Source: an uncultured Ruminococcus sp.
GTDB lineage: Bacteria; Bacillota; Clostridia; Oscillospirales; Ruminococcaceae
Direction: 5' to 3'
DNA: 33,599 bases
Assembly: GCA_946404705.1 (NCBI GenBank)
Contig: CAMJES010000001.1
Location: 1 to 33,599, forward strand
The notes under the pieces: model-generated
The model's database searches: none
Told to the model about the DNA's origin: nothing
The model's input: only the letters and a program-made list of their open reading frames with translations
Made by a program: the position numbers and the translations under genes
In this document: positions 16,280-24,831 of the stretch, in pieces
Numbering within the stretch: position 1 is the stretch's first letter
Layout: each line of letters begins with the position of its first letter

Positions 16280-16363
16280 CGTGTTTATTTAAGTGTAAAA
16301 CGGCATACTCTGCCGTTATTTTTAATTATATATCATATTTTCAAAAAAAGCAAGCATTTTTAC

Positions 16364-16392
16364 TTGAAAATAAATATTTTATATGCTATAAT
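16364..16392 (+). promoter_or_regulatory. Candidate sigma-A promoter
   Basis: TTGAAA (16364-16369), 17 nt, TATAAT (16387-16392). Divergent from the pheST promoter. Confidence 0.5.
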
Positions 16393-16517
16393 AAATAAAA
16401 GCTTTGCCGCAGACGGATTTTATGTCGATTTGTGTAAAATTCAATGCTTTTATGCGGCAAATACAGTATTCTTTTGTTATAAGAAAGGAGTCTTCCCCAC
16501 TTTACGGGCAAAATATT

Positions 16518-17042
16518 ATGGATGTTTTTGTTGAACAGCTTGTAAAAAAACCTGCAGACGGCAAAACGCTTGTTCTGAAAATACTTATCGCTTTCGGAGT
16601 TATACTTGTTTCGCTTTTCTGCCTCTATCTTATGCTTATCGGTATCGTCATTGCGCTGCTGCTTATATTTGCGGCGATATACGGCGGCTTTTACCTTATT
16701 TCGGGGCTAAACGCCGAGTATGAATATATCGTCACCAACGGCGAAATTGATATCGACAAGATAATCGCAAAACGCAAGAGAAAACGCCTTATCACCGCAA
16801 AGCCGTCAAAATTTGAAGCTTTCGGAAAGCTTGCCGATGCCGCACCTGTTTCGGGCATTACAGTCGTTGAAGCAAACGGCATTGCGGACGAAGAAGCCGA
16901 AGATTATTATATCGACTTCACACACGATTCATTTGGCAAGGTAAGGCTCATATTCACGCCGACCGAACGCACCCTTGAAGCGGTAACGCCGTTTCTCCCA
17001 CGCCCCGTCAAGGTGGAATACGACAGAAAAAACAGAAGCTGA
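16518..17042 (+). CDS. Hypothetical membrane protein (two TM helices, conserved Clostridia-type)
   Basis: ORF 16404..17042 trimmed to ATG 16518 (MDVFVEQLVKKPADGKT). The upstream extension overlaps the promoter and 5' UTR. The TM hairpin is followed by EYEYIVTNGEIDIDKIIAKRKRKR. The nearest AGGAG is about 27 nt upstream, so the start is uncertain. Confidence 0.55.
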   Translation: MDVFVEQLVKKPADGKTLVLKILIAFGVILVSLFCLYLMLIGIVIALLLIFAAIYGGFYLISGLNAEYEYIVTNGEIDIDKIIAKRKRKRLITAKPSKFEAFGKLADAAPVSGITVVEANGIADEEAEDYYIDFTHDSFGKVRLIFTPTERTLEAVTPFLPRPVKVEYDRKNRS

Positions 17043-17064
17043 CACTATGTAAGGAGAGATTGAT

Positions 17065-17424
17065 ATGATCATGGAAGCTTACCATACTGATATGCCTCGC
17101 ATGAAACAGCTTGTAAAAAAGCCGAAATTTATCTCAAGAGTATATTCTCCGCAGGAAATGAAATTCATAATGGGTAAAAACTTCTCTCCTAATATCATGG
17201 CTGAGATGTACTGCGCAAAAATTGCAATGAAAAAAGCTATCGGCGCGCGCTTCAGAGGCTGCAGTATCCAAGAGATCTCCGTCCTCACCGATTATTCCGG
17301 AAATTATTACATAAGCCTTTCGGGCGAGGCCAAAAAGCGGCTTATTTCCACAAAAATGAAGATCAGCGTTTCCTGTTCCCATTCAAAGGCTCTTGCAATG
17401 GCAACGGTACTCATTGAATTCTAA
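17065..17424 (+). CDS. acpS: Holo-ACP synthase (AcpS)-like 4'-phosphopantetheinyl transferase, divergent
   Basis: 119 aa with AAGGAGAG SD. It aligns by eye along its whole length to B. subtilis AcpS: FISRVYSPQEM / FAERILTRSEL, MYCAKIAMKKAIG / RFAAKEAFSKAFG, ISVSCSHSKALAMATVLIE / VHVSITHTKEYAAAQVVIE. The acpS-nnr neighbourhood is common. Confidence 0.65.
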   Translation: MIMEAYHTDMPRMKQLVKKPKFISRVYSPQEMKFIMGKNFSPNIMAEMYCAKIAMKKAIGARFRGCSIQEISVLTDYSGNYYISLSGEAKKRLISTKMKISVSCSHSKALAMATVLIEF

Positions 17425-17429
17425 ATCAC

Positions 17430-17460
17430 ACCGCACGGCCTGAGCTGTGCGGTTATTTTT
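17430..17460 (+). terminator. Rho-independent terminator
   Basis: ACCGCAC (17430-17436) pairs with GTGCGGT (17447-17453), followed by TATTTTT. Confidence 0.65.
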
Positions 17461-17576
17461 ATACCAAATAATTGTTTGAATAACGAACACAAAAGCTTTG
17501 ATATATGCGGTTTTGTTTTGAGAAAACCCCATGATCAAATGATTATCAGCATTATCTGCAGAAAGGTTGAAGATTT

Positions 17577-19115
17577 ATGTACTACGCCACTCCGAAACAG
17601 ATGAAAGAAATAGAAAGCTATTCCGACAGCCACGGCGTTTCCTACCGTGAGCTTATGGAAAACGCAGGCGCCGCGGCAGCCGAATTCGTATGTAAGCTTG
17701 CAGGCAGACAAGACCTCTCAGGCGGCGTCCTTGTCCTCTGCGGAAAGGGCAATAACGGCGGCGACGGCTTTGTCCTCGCAAGAAATCTGTACAGCGCAGG
17801 AATCGCAGTAAATGTCGTCCTCACAAGCGGCGACCCTGCCACCGAGCTTGCAGGCTATGAATACTGCCTGCTCGGCGAAGACGGCATCGACGTCCTTAAC
17901 CTGAACGATAATATCGACAAGGTTTTCTCGCTGTTTTCGTCCTGCTCGCTTATCGTTGACGCTGTTTACGGCACAGGCTTCCACGGCGAGCTTCCTCCCG
18001 AGATAAAAGCCTGCTTCAGCTTTGCAAAGCGCTGCCGCAAGCCGATAGTAGCACTTGATACGCCCTCGGGCGGAAACTGCCTTACAGGCGAAGCCGAGGA
18101 AGACGTTCTGAAATGCGACTACACGATAACATTCGGCTGCATAAAGACGGGTATGCTCTGCGAACCGCTGCGCTCCCTCTGCGGAGAGATAACCGTTGCG
18201 GATATCGGCTTCACAAACGAATGCTTCGAAGCTGCCGCTTATGTCGCAATAGACCTTGAAGAAAGCTATGTAAAAGCACTTTTCCCGAAAAGAGCGGAGG
18301 ACTGCTATAAAAATCAATTCGGACATCTTTTCAATATCGCAGGCTGCCGCAGAATGAGCGGCGCAGCGCAGATGTCCACCCTTGCGGCTTTGCGCAGCGG
18401 TGCAGGACGCGTCACCCTCGCTTCCACAGAAGAAGTCATAGACCGACTTGCCGCGGTTATCTTTGAATCAACGTTTCTTCCTCTTGACGCTGCAAAAGAC
18501 GGCGCAATATCCGCAAAAGCGGCAAATACTCTTATAAAAGAGCTTCCTGCGGCAACGGCAGTCTGCATCGGCAGCGGACTTTCCGACACCGCAGATACCG
18601 CCGAGATCGTCAAGACTGTGATAAAAAATGCGGACTGCCCGATAATTCTTGACGCAGACGGCATAAACTGTATATGCTCCTGCATAGATATTATCAGAAA
18701 CACAAAGGGCAGACTTATCCTTACTCCGCACCCCGGCGAGCTGAAACGCATTTACGCAGCCGCTTTCGACAGCAATTTCCCCGACAGACTCACAATGGCG
18801 GTGAAGATTGCCCGTGAGTTTGACGTTATCGTTGCGGCAAAGGGCGTTCCGACCTATATTGCAGGCGGCGGAAAGCTTTATATCTGCAAAGCAGGCAACC
18901 CCGGTCTTGCCAAGGGCGGCAGCGGCGATGTCCTCACGGGGATAATCGGTGCATTTGCGGCATACGGACTTGCTCCGTCCGACGCTGCGGCAGCAGGAGT
19001 TTTCGTCCACGGAAAAGCAGCCGACCTCGCCCGTGAAAAGCTTTCCGAAACGGGTATGCTGCCGAGAGATGTAATAGACGAGCTTCCCTATGTGTTCAAG
19101 GCTTGGAACAGATAG
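17577..19115 (+). CDS. nnr: Bifunctional NAD(P)H-hydrate repair enzyme (epimerase / ADP-dependent dehydratase)
   Basis: 512 aa. YjeF-N motif: CGKGNNGGDGFVLAR. C-terminal carbohydrate-kinase motif: AKGGSGDVLTGIIGAF. Confidence 0.9.
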   Translation: MYYATPKQMKEIESYSDSHGVSYRELMENAGAAAAEFVCKLAGRQDLSGGVLVLCGKGNNGGDGFVLARNLYSAGIAVNVVLTSGDPATELAGYEYCLLGEDGIDVLNLNDNIDKVFSLFSSCSLIVDAVYGTGFHGELPPEIKACFSFAKRCRKPIVALDTPSGGNCLTGEAEEDVLKCDYTITFGCIKTGMLCEPLRSLCGEITVADIGFTNECFEAAAYVAIDLEESYVKALFPKRAEDCYKNQFGHLFNIAGCRRMSGAAQMSTLAALRSGAGRVTLASTEEVIDRLAAVIFESTFLPLDAAKDGAISAKAANTLIKELPAATAVCIGSGLSDTADTAEIVKTVIKNADCPIILDADGINCICSCIDIIRNTKGRLILTPHPGELKRIYAAAFDSNFPDRLTMAVKIAREFDVIVAAKGVPTYIAGGGKLYICKAGNPGLAKGGSGDVLTGIIGAFAAYGLAPSDAAAAGVFVHGKAADLAREKLSETGMLPRDVIDELPYVFKAWNR

Positions 19116-19126
19116 GATAGTATTAG

Positions 19127-19163
19127 AATACCCTCTGTTTCAAAACGAACGGAGGGTATTTTT
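19127..19163 (+). terminator. Hairpin plus T-run after nnr. Its 3' arm contains the SD of the next gene.
   Basis: AATACCCTC (19127-19135) pairs with GAGGGTATT (19152-19160), followed by TTT and then ATG at 19164. Confidence 0.55.
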
Positions 19164-19733
19164 ATGTCAGAACGACTCAGAACACCAATATTGCTTTTTG
19201 TAATATCAATAGTATTATTTACGGGATGTAAATTCATAAAGGATACAATTATCCCGAAGCAGCCGAAGCTTGACAGAGCGTTCACCTGCGAATTTGAGCT
19301 TACGGCATTTGAGGACGACCGCGACAGCAAAATGGTCGTCAAGGGTGATTTTACCCGTTTCGGCACGGGAATATGGGAGATGAACATAACCGAACCCGAA
19401 ACTATGAAAGGCCTAAACTTGAAATACAACGAGGGAAAGACCACAGCTTCTCTCGGCGCTCTGACGCTTGATATCGAGAGCGAAAAGCTGAACAGCAGCG
19501 CAATGTTCAAGCGAATCTTCGATACATTCGACAGTTGCGCCGCAATGCACGACATTGAACTTTACGACAACGGCGAAGCAGCTGTTTACAACGGCACAGA
19601 CTGCAGCATTGCTTTCGACAAAGAAACGCTGCTCCCGACCCTGCTCACATTCTCGGACGGTATAACTGTCGATATCTCCTCTTTCTGCGACCTTGCGGAA
19701 AGATCCGCGGAAACGGAACAGACTTCCGAATAA
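19164..19733 (+). CDS. Hypothetical lipoprotein
   Basis: 189 aa. Signal peptide with a lipobox-like LFTGC. No recognisable family. Confidence 0.6.
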   Translation: MSERLRTPILLFVISIVLFTGCKFIKDTIIPKQPKLDRAFTCEFELTAFEDDRDSKMVVKGDFTRFGTGIWEMNITEPETMKGLNLKYNEGKTTASLGALTLDIESEKLNSSAMFKRIFDTFDSCAAMHDIELYDNGEAAVYNGTDCSIAFDKETLLPTLLTFSDGITVDISSFCDLAERSAETEQTSE

Positions 19734-19739
19734 ACAAAA

Positions 19740-19770
19740 ATGCACACAACGCTTTTGACGCTGTGTGCAT
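19740..19770. terminator. Bidirectional terminator between convergent genes
   Basis: ATGCACACA..TGTGTGCAT stem (19740-19770). It is flanked by an A-run upstream and TTTGTAATTTTT downstream. Confidence 0.75.
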
Positions 19771-19779
19771 TTGTAATTT

Positions 19780-21663
19780 TTAATACTGTGAAACATAATC
19801 CAGAGGATCGAGGTAATAACCGTTTGAACGAACCTCAAAGTGGAGATGGTTTCCTGTTGCATAACCGGTCGAGCCGACATATCCGAGAAGCTGACCCTTT
19901 ACAACATAATCGCCGTAGCTAATCGCAATGCTGCTCATGTGAGCGTACATTGTAACGTTTCCGTCATCGTTTGCGACCATAACGCTGTTGCCGTAACCGT
20001 CATACTTGTTTGCGGCTCTTGTGACCGTACCGGAAGCTGCAGCGTATATCGGAGTGCCGTAAGGAGCGGCAATATCAATGCCCTTATGACCTCTGCCATC
20101 GCCCATATAAGCGGAGATGTAACCGCCGTCGACCGGCCAGAAATAATCTCCCGAACCGCCGCTGCCCGTGCTGACTGCGGTGGTCGTAGGTCTTGTTCCG
20201 ACTCTGACTTCCTTTGCGACCGGTTCGGAAAGAACCTGACGCGACTGCTCATTGCGAGAGATAACAATGCCGTTCTTGTATGTAACAAGCGCATTGACAA
20301 GTGCAGCACCCTCAACGCCATTTACATCAACCTTTTCTTCGCCTTTATAAAGGTTGTCGTCTTCGGTTCTGATTATCTCATAATCTATCGGAACTTCATA
20401 GGTTTCATTCTTTGTAACAAGCGTCTGGAGGTAAGGCACCTCTGCGGAAAGCTCTATAACAGCGCCAACCGGACAGAATGAAGTGATATCATCGATCGGG
20501 TCGCCCTCGTAAACAGCAGGACAAGCAAGAAGCTCATCAAGCGAAAGTCCGTTGTGCGCTGCAATGTTCCACGGATTATCGCCGTTTTCTACCTCGTAAT
20601 AAACAGGTTCCGCAACGATGGAACTGAGCTTGTCGATAACATTCTGCTGATCAACTATCTCGGTAGGATAAACGAACTGCTCGTATGTGTATTCGACCGA
20701 TTTGTCAAATCCGACCGAAACAACATCGGAATCGGACATATACGGTTCCTTTATAGAATCAATGTAGGCCTCGATCTCATCGGTAGACTCAACAGCGGCA
20801 TAAAAGCTTCCGTTTATCATTACGGTATAAGCTCTTACCTTTCCTGCCAGCTCATCGGAGGGAAGTGCGGAAGCAGCCTCTTCGGCTTCTTCTTCAAGCG
20901 AACGCTGTTCAGCCTGCTGCTCTTCGGTCGCATTTTCCTCGGGAAGAGTGATATCAAGCTGTTCCTGCATCTTTTCAATAAGCTCAAACTCGTCAATGAC
21001 TTCATCCATCGAGTTGAGCGGCTTTATCGAGAGGTTTGTGCTGACAAGAGCGGTGTCATCGGTGGAGTAATAAACCGCCTTGTCGGAGATAGACTGCTGC
21101 GCGTCCACAACTACGGATTCGGCTGAAACAACGCCGATCTCAGTTCCGTTGCACTCAACGGCGATACCGTAGCTTGTCGAAGCTGTGCTGCTGACGATAC
21201 CAACGAGAAGTGCGACCGAAGCAGCAGGGAAAACATAGTTCACAACTGTTTTGAACGCATTCTTTTCACGCTTTGCGGTATTCACGATATTGGAAACTGC
21301 GTTATTTGCGGCAGACTTGAAGCCTTCCGTTTTTACGCTTTTCGTGAAAGCCTTGCAGCTGTTCGATATCCGTTCGATCGTTCCCACAGCAGCTCTTGCC
21401 GCGCGAAGAAGTCCGGACTTTACAGTCGTTGTGATCTTGTGATGTGTTGGTTTAAAAGCTGTTTTCAGATGTTTTGCAATGTATGCAATAAACTGTACAG
21501 CCTTTGACGCACCGTATGAAAATGTGTATGCAATAAGCGCGCCGGTATTGATGACAGCGCCCTCGAGCTTTTCTTTTTTATCTTTATTATCGCTCAAAGA
21601 AACAGGCGGCACGAAGCCGGTGCAGTTGTTCTGCTTACCGTTTTCACCGTTTCTGCTTTTCAT
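19780..21663 (-). CDS. M23 family metallopeptidase with LysM and G5 domains, membrane anchored
   Basis: 627 aa.
- C-terminal M23 motifs: GHKGIDIAAPYGTPIYAAASG and GNHLHFEV.
- LysM-like segment: YEVENGDNPWNIAAHNGLSLDELL.
- G5-like segment: ..YKGEEKVDVNGVEGAALVNALVTYKNG..VRVGT.
- One TM helix: VVNYVFPAASVALLVGIV.
SD GGAG lies 8 nt upstream. Confidence 0.85.
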   Translation of the reverse strand: MKSRNGENGKQNNCTGFVPPVSLSDNKDKKEKLEGAVINTGALIAYTFSYGASKAVQFIAYIAKHLKTAFKPTHHKITTTVKSGLLRAARAAVGTIERISNSCKAFTKSVKTEGFKSAANNAVSNIVNTAKREKNAFKTVVNYVFPAASVALLVGIVSSTASTSYGIAVECNGTEIGVVSAESVVVDAQQSISDKAVYYSTDDTALVSTNLSIKPLNSMDEVIDEFELIEKMQEQLDITLPEENATEEQQAEQRSLEEEAEEAASALPSDELAGKVRAYTVMINGSFYAAVESTDEIEAYIDSIKEPYMSDSDVVSVGFDKSVEYTYEQFVYPTEIVDQQNVIDKLSSIVAEPVYYEVENGDNPWNIAAHNGLSLDELLACPAVYEGDPIDDITSFCPVGAVIELSAEVPYLQTLVTKNETYEVPIDYEIIRTEDDNLYKGEEKVDVNGVEGAALVNALVTYKNGIVISRNEQSRQVLSEPVAKEVRVGTRPTTTAVSTGSGGSGDYFWPVDGGYISAYMGDGRGHKGIDIAAPYGTPIYAAASGTVTRAANKYDGYGNSVMVANDDGNVTMYAHMSSIAISYGDYVVKGQLLGYVGSTGYATGNHLHFEVRSNGYYLDPLDYVSQY

Positions 21664-22100
21664 CGGAACATCTCCTTTCCTGACAGCCGATATAAATGAT
21701 CCGCTGTTATCTTTTCTTTGTTCTATATCAAAATAATGTAAAATTCGGGAAAATCACAGCTGAATTAGTTACAATTCAGTTACATTAACACTAATTATAC
21801 GATTTTTTCAGAAAATTTCAAGGGTAATCAAAAAATAGTAACAATTAATCTACGCTTTTCATAGATTATTCCAACTAAAACCATTGTTTTTTGGTTATTT
21901 TAACAACAAAAATCGTTTTCGAAAACGTTATTCCACTATAAAACAGGCTTCATTGGGAACGAGAAGTTACCCTCGAAAGTCAGTTTCCCGAGCCTTTGTA
22001 ATAAAACCGCCAAGCTTTACAAAATGTATACAAGCATCTAAAATCAACGCAGAATAGCCATTTCTCAAATAGTTACAAAATGGTTACAATTGCAATAATT

Positions 22101-22964
22101 TTATTTACGGATAAGCCGCAGCATATCCTCCCTTATCGGAGAAGAAAGGTGTATCTGTTTCCCCGAAACGGGCAGCGCAAATTCCAGCTCACCGCAATGC
22201 AGCGCTTGAAACGCCGTGTCCGAGATATCTCCGCCGTACATATCATCGCCTGCGAGAGGGTGTCCGATATGCGAAAAATGCACCCTTATCTGATGCGTCC
22301 TGCCCGTTTCGAGCTTTATCCGCACAAGAGTGTATTTTTCATTGCCGTCAATTACCGTATAGTTCGTCACAGCGCGCTGGCCGTCCGCGCGAACCTCCCT
22401 TGTTATGACCGAGCCGGCGTACCGTCCTATCGGCGCGTCTATCCGTCCGCTGCCCGAAAGCTTTCCGCAGACGACCGCAAAATATGTTTTTTCAATGCTC
22501 CCCGAAAGCCTTGCCGCCGCAAAGGAGTTCTTCGCAACCGCGCAAAGCCCTGATGTGTCCTTGTCAAGACGGTTTATCGGGCGAAACGTCATATCCCCGT
22601 GCTGCGCCGAAAAAAGGTTCCCGAGCGTGTCAAAGCGGTGACGGTGCGAGGGGTGTACGGGCATATCCACGGGCTTGTCGTAAACCGCCACATCATCGTC
22701 CTCATAGACAACGGGCGCGCGAAGGTCGGGGTTCACATCAAGCGGCTCTCCGCTCTGCATTTTCACAGCGGCGGTATCTCCCTTGTGGACAATATCGACC
22801 GTTCTTGCAGGCTCTCCGTTGAGCGTTATGCCGCCGCTGCATCTTTTAAGCTTTGTAATAAGACGTCGGGAAGCTCCGCTTTTGCGCAGAAACTCCCCGA
22901 CCGTTTTTCCGTCATCCTCGGCGGTGACGGCGAACTCTATTTTTCTTATATTATTTTCAGACAA
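22101..22964 (-). CDS. RluA family pseudouridine synthase (RluD-like, with S4 domain)
   Basis: Motifs NRLDKDTSGLC and GRTHQIRVH. ORF 22101..23051 trimmed to TTG 22964, which lies 6 nt after AAGGAGG and overlaps the upstream stop by 8 nt. Using the longer ORF would overlap the upstream gene by 95 nt. Confidence 0.8.
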   Translation of the reverse strand: MSENNIRKIEFAVTAEDDGKTVGEFLRKSGASRRLITKLKRCSGGITLNGEPARTVDIVHKGDTAAVKMQSGEPLDVNPDLRAPVVYEDDDVAVYDKPVDMPVHPSHRHRFDTLGNLFSAQHGDMTFRPINRLDKDTSGLCAVAKNSFAAARLSGSIEKTYFAVVCGKLSGSGRIDAPIGRYAGSVITREVRADGQRAVTNYTVIDGNEKYTLVRIKLETGRTHQIRVHFSHIGHPLAGDDMYGGDISDTAFQALHCGELEFALPVSGKQIHLSSPIREDMLRLIRK

Positions 22965-23802
22965 GGACTTCCTCCTTAATGCTCTCCGAATTTCCGGAAT
23001 TTTCTTCATCCGAATAATATCTGTAAAAGATCTCCGCAAACGCCGATGCAAAGGTCATCTTTGTATAAGGTATAACAAATATCAGAGGAAAAACCGCAAT
23101 ACAGCTTATCCAAAGCGGCGCAAGCGAGAACATAAGCTTTACTATACCGAGCCTGAATCCCTTTGATATCTTTATGCTTTCCGCAATGATCTCCTTCGCA
23201 GACTTTTCGGGATCCGCCGCATACAGATACGGCACAAAGCTGTATCTTATAAAGAAAATTATGTAAAAATAAACCACAACCGCCCCGATAACAGCCGAAA
23301 CAGCAAGGTTAGCCGCCGCTGCCGCAGGATTTCTTTCAAGCAGCGAATAAACGTGCCACGCCATAGCGCCCAAAAATGCGGCAGGAACAGCTGCCATAGC
23401 AAGTCTTTTGGCAAAAACCGTCATCTCAAGCTCAAGCGTTCTCTTTATATGCCGCTTGTGCATATAGCAGCTCAAAAATCCCGAACCGGGAATACTCGTC
23501 GCCTTTGCCTCTTGAAAATAGAACCACGCCGAGCCGTATTTGAGCGGAATAAGCATTATATAAAGCAGACACGCACAAACAGCCGCCGCAAGTCCAAGCT
23601 TCCAGCCGCCCTCGCCAAGGCTGCCTACACCAAAGCTTATAACGCCTGCTCTGAAAAGGCACTCCGTCATTATCAGGAACGCAAGCACAGCCAGCGCTAT
23701 CACAGCCGCAAGGATAAAGACCTCGCCCACGCACTCGCCCCAGCAGTATTTGAGCCTTTTTGCCGCAATATGTCTGTATCGCTCATTATCCAAGCTTTTC
23801 AT
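22957..23802 (-). CDS. Multi-pass membrane protein (possibly DUF975-like)
   Basis: 281 aa with about 6 TM helices. SD AAGGAGAAG lies upstream. It sits 11 nt after the phosphatase gene. The family assignment is tentative. Confidence 0.55.
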   Translation of the reverse strand: MKSLDNERYRHIAAKRLKYCWGECVGEVFILAAVIALAVLAFLIMTECLFRAGVISFGVGSLGEGGWKLGLAAAVCACLLYIMLIPLKYGSAWFYFQEAKATSIPGSGFLSCYMHKRHIKRTLELEMTVFAKRLAMAAVPAAFLGAMAWHVYSLLERNPAAAAANLAVSAVIGAVVVYFYIIFFIRYSFVPYLYAADPEKSAKEIIAESIKISKGFRLGIVKLMFSLAPLWISCIAVFPLIFVIPYTKMTFASAFAEIFYRYYSDEENSGNSESIKEEVLV

Positions 23803-23813
23803 CAGACTTCTCC

Positions 23814-24452
23814 TTAAAACTCGTTGTAGTCGGCAGCGTTTTCGAACGGCACCTTTCCGATTATCTCAAACACGCCGCCGTTCTGCCAAAGCATCGCCGA
23901 AACATTCACCATGTACCCCTCGCCGGGGTCGCAGGCAAAGTCCATCGGCTTCATTTTCGGCAGTCCGAAGCAGGACATAAGGTTCATAAGTATGCCCGAA
24001 TGCGTAACAACGCCTGCTTCGTGGATATTTTCCTTCATCATATCCATTATAATAAGGTTAAGACCCGAAAGACTGCGGTTTATCATGCTGCGCAGGCTCT
24101 CGCCGTTCGGAGGAGGATTGTCAAGTCCGCCCTTTATCCAATTATGATAGCTGTCCAGCTCCAAAAGCTCGGTAAGCTCTATCCCCTCGAACACACCGAA
24201 ATCCATCTCGGTCATTTCATCGCATATCACGATCTCACGGTCTGGGAAGATTATCTCCGCCGTCTGTATCGCACGGGTCAAGGGGCTTGAATAGACCCTG
24301 TTTACCTTCGGATAGGCATAGACCTTTGCCTTTTCTTCAAGGTCTGCTCTGCCCTTGTCGGAAAGCGGCCAGTCGGATTTGCCGATATATATTCCCTTTT
24401 CGTTCGCCTCGGTCAGACCGTGACGTATAAATGTTATCTTATATCCGTTCAT
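23814..24452 (-). CDS. Histidine phosphatase family protein (phosphoglycerate mutase-like)
   Basis: 212 aa. N-terminal ITFIRHGLTEAN (RHG motif) and a second His in VVTHSGIL. Confidence 0.85.
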   Translation of the reverse strand: MNGYKITFIRHGLTEANEKGIYIGKSDWPLSDKGRADLEEKAKVYAYPKVNRVYSSPLTRAIQTAEIIFPDREIVICDEMTEMDFGVFEGIELTELLELDSYHNWIKGGLDNPPPNGESLRSMINRSLSGLNLIIMDMMKENIHEAGVVTHSGILMNLMSCFGLPKMKPMDFACDPGEGYMVNVSAMLWQNGGVFEIIGKVPFENAADYNEF

Positions 24453-24486
24453 AGAATTCTTCCTTAAAAAATTTTCTTAATAATAT

Positions 24487-24515
24487 AGTATATAATAACA
24501 GCCCGTTTTTGTCAA
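24487..24515 (-). promoter_or_regulatory. Candidate sigma-A promoter of the phosphatase / membrane protein / rlu operon
   Basis: Minus strand: TTGACA (rc of 24510-24515), 17 nt, TATACT (rc of 24487-24492). Confidence 0.55.
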
Positions 24516-24733
24516 TACGAGCCTGCGCCGTGGCGTAATTTATACAAATAAAATTTACATTATATCCAAAATTATGTGCAAACCGCTGTTTTTCAATATC
24601 TTGACAGCTGCGCGAAAATAAGCCACAATATGTTGTATTATGCCGATTCTGCGTGAGATAGCGCCTATTTAATATTATGTAACATCAACAAAAAACATTT
24701 ATAACATTTATCGAGTTTTTTGCGAAAATCCTC

Positions 24734-24762
24734 TTTACAAAATGTACGTTATAAGATATAAT
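24734..24762 (+). promoter_or_regulatory. Candidate sigma-A promoter of the XRE regulator gene
   Basis: TTTACA (24734-24739), 17 nt, TATAAT (24757-24762). Confidence 0.55.
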
Positions 24763-24831
24763 TTACTGTACGTAATTGTCGATTAAGAAAGATATATATA
24801 GAAATTACGAGAACTATCGGGAGGTGACAAG

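Noticed and set aside
16299-16323. Terminator-like hairpin AACGGCA-TACTC-TGCCGTT plus ATTTTT between the divergent pheST and 16518 promoters
   Set aside because: There is no upstream + strand gene to terminate, and on the minus strand it lies upstream of the pheST promoter. It may merely insulate the divergent promoters. Evidence is insufficient to call a function.
21920-21933. The 14-mer TCGAAAACGTTATT is shared between 21920-21933 and 33165-33178
   Set aside because: This is chance-level for the window size, and there is no extended similarity on either side.
22015-22044. TTTACA-17-TAAAAT promoter-like site on the + strand pointing into the 3' end of the rlu gene, plus a 14-nt identity (CTTTACAAAATGTA) with the XRE promoter at 24733-24746
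   Set aside because: A few exact 14-mers shared by chance are expected in a 33.6-kb window, and more in AT-rich spacers. No credible + strand ORF or structured RNA follows. It is kept only as a remark under the AT-rich spacer finding.
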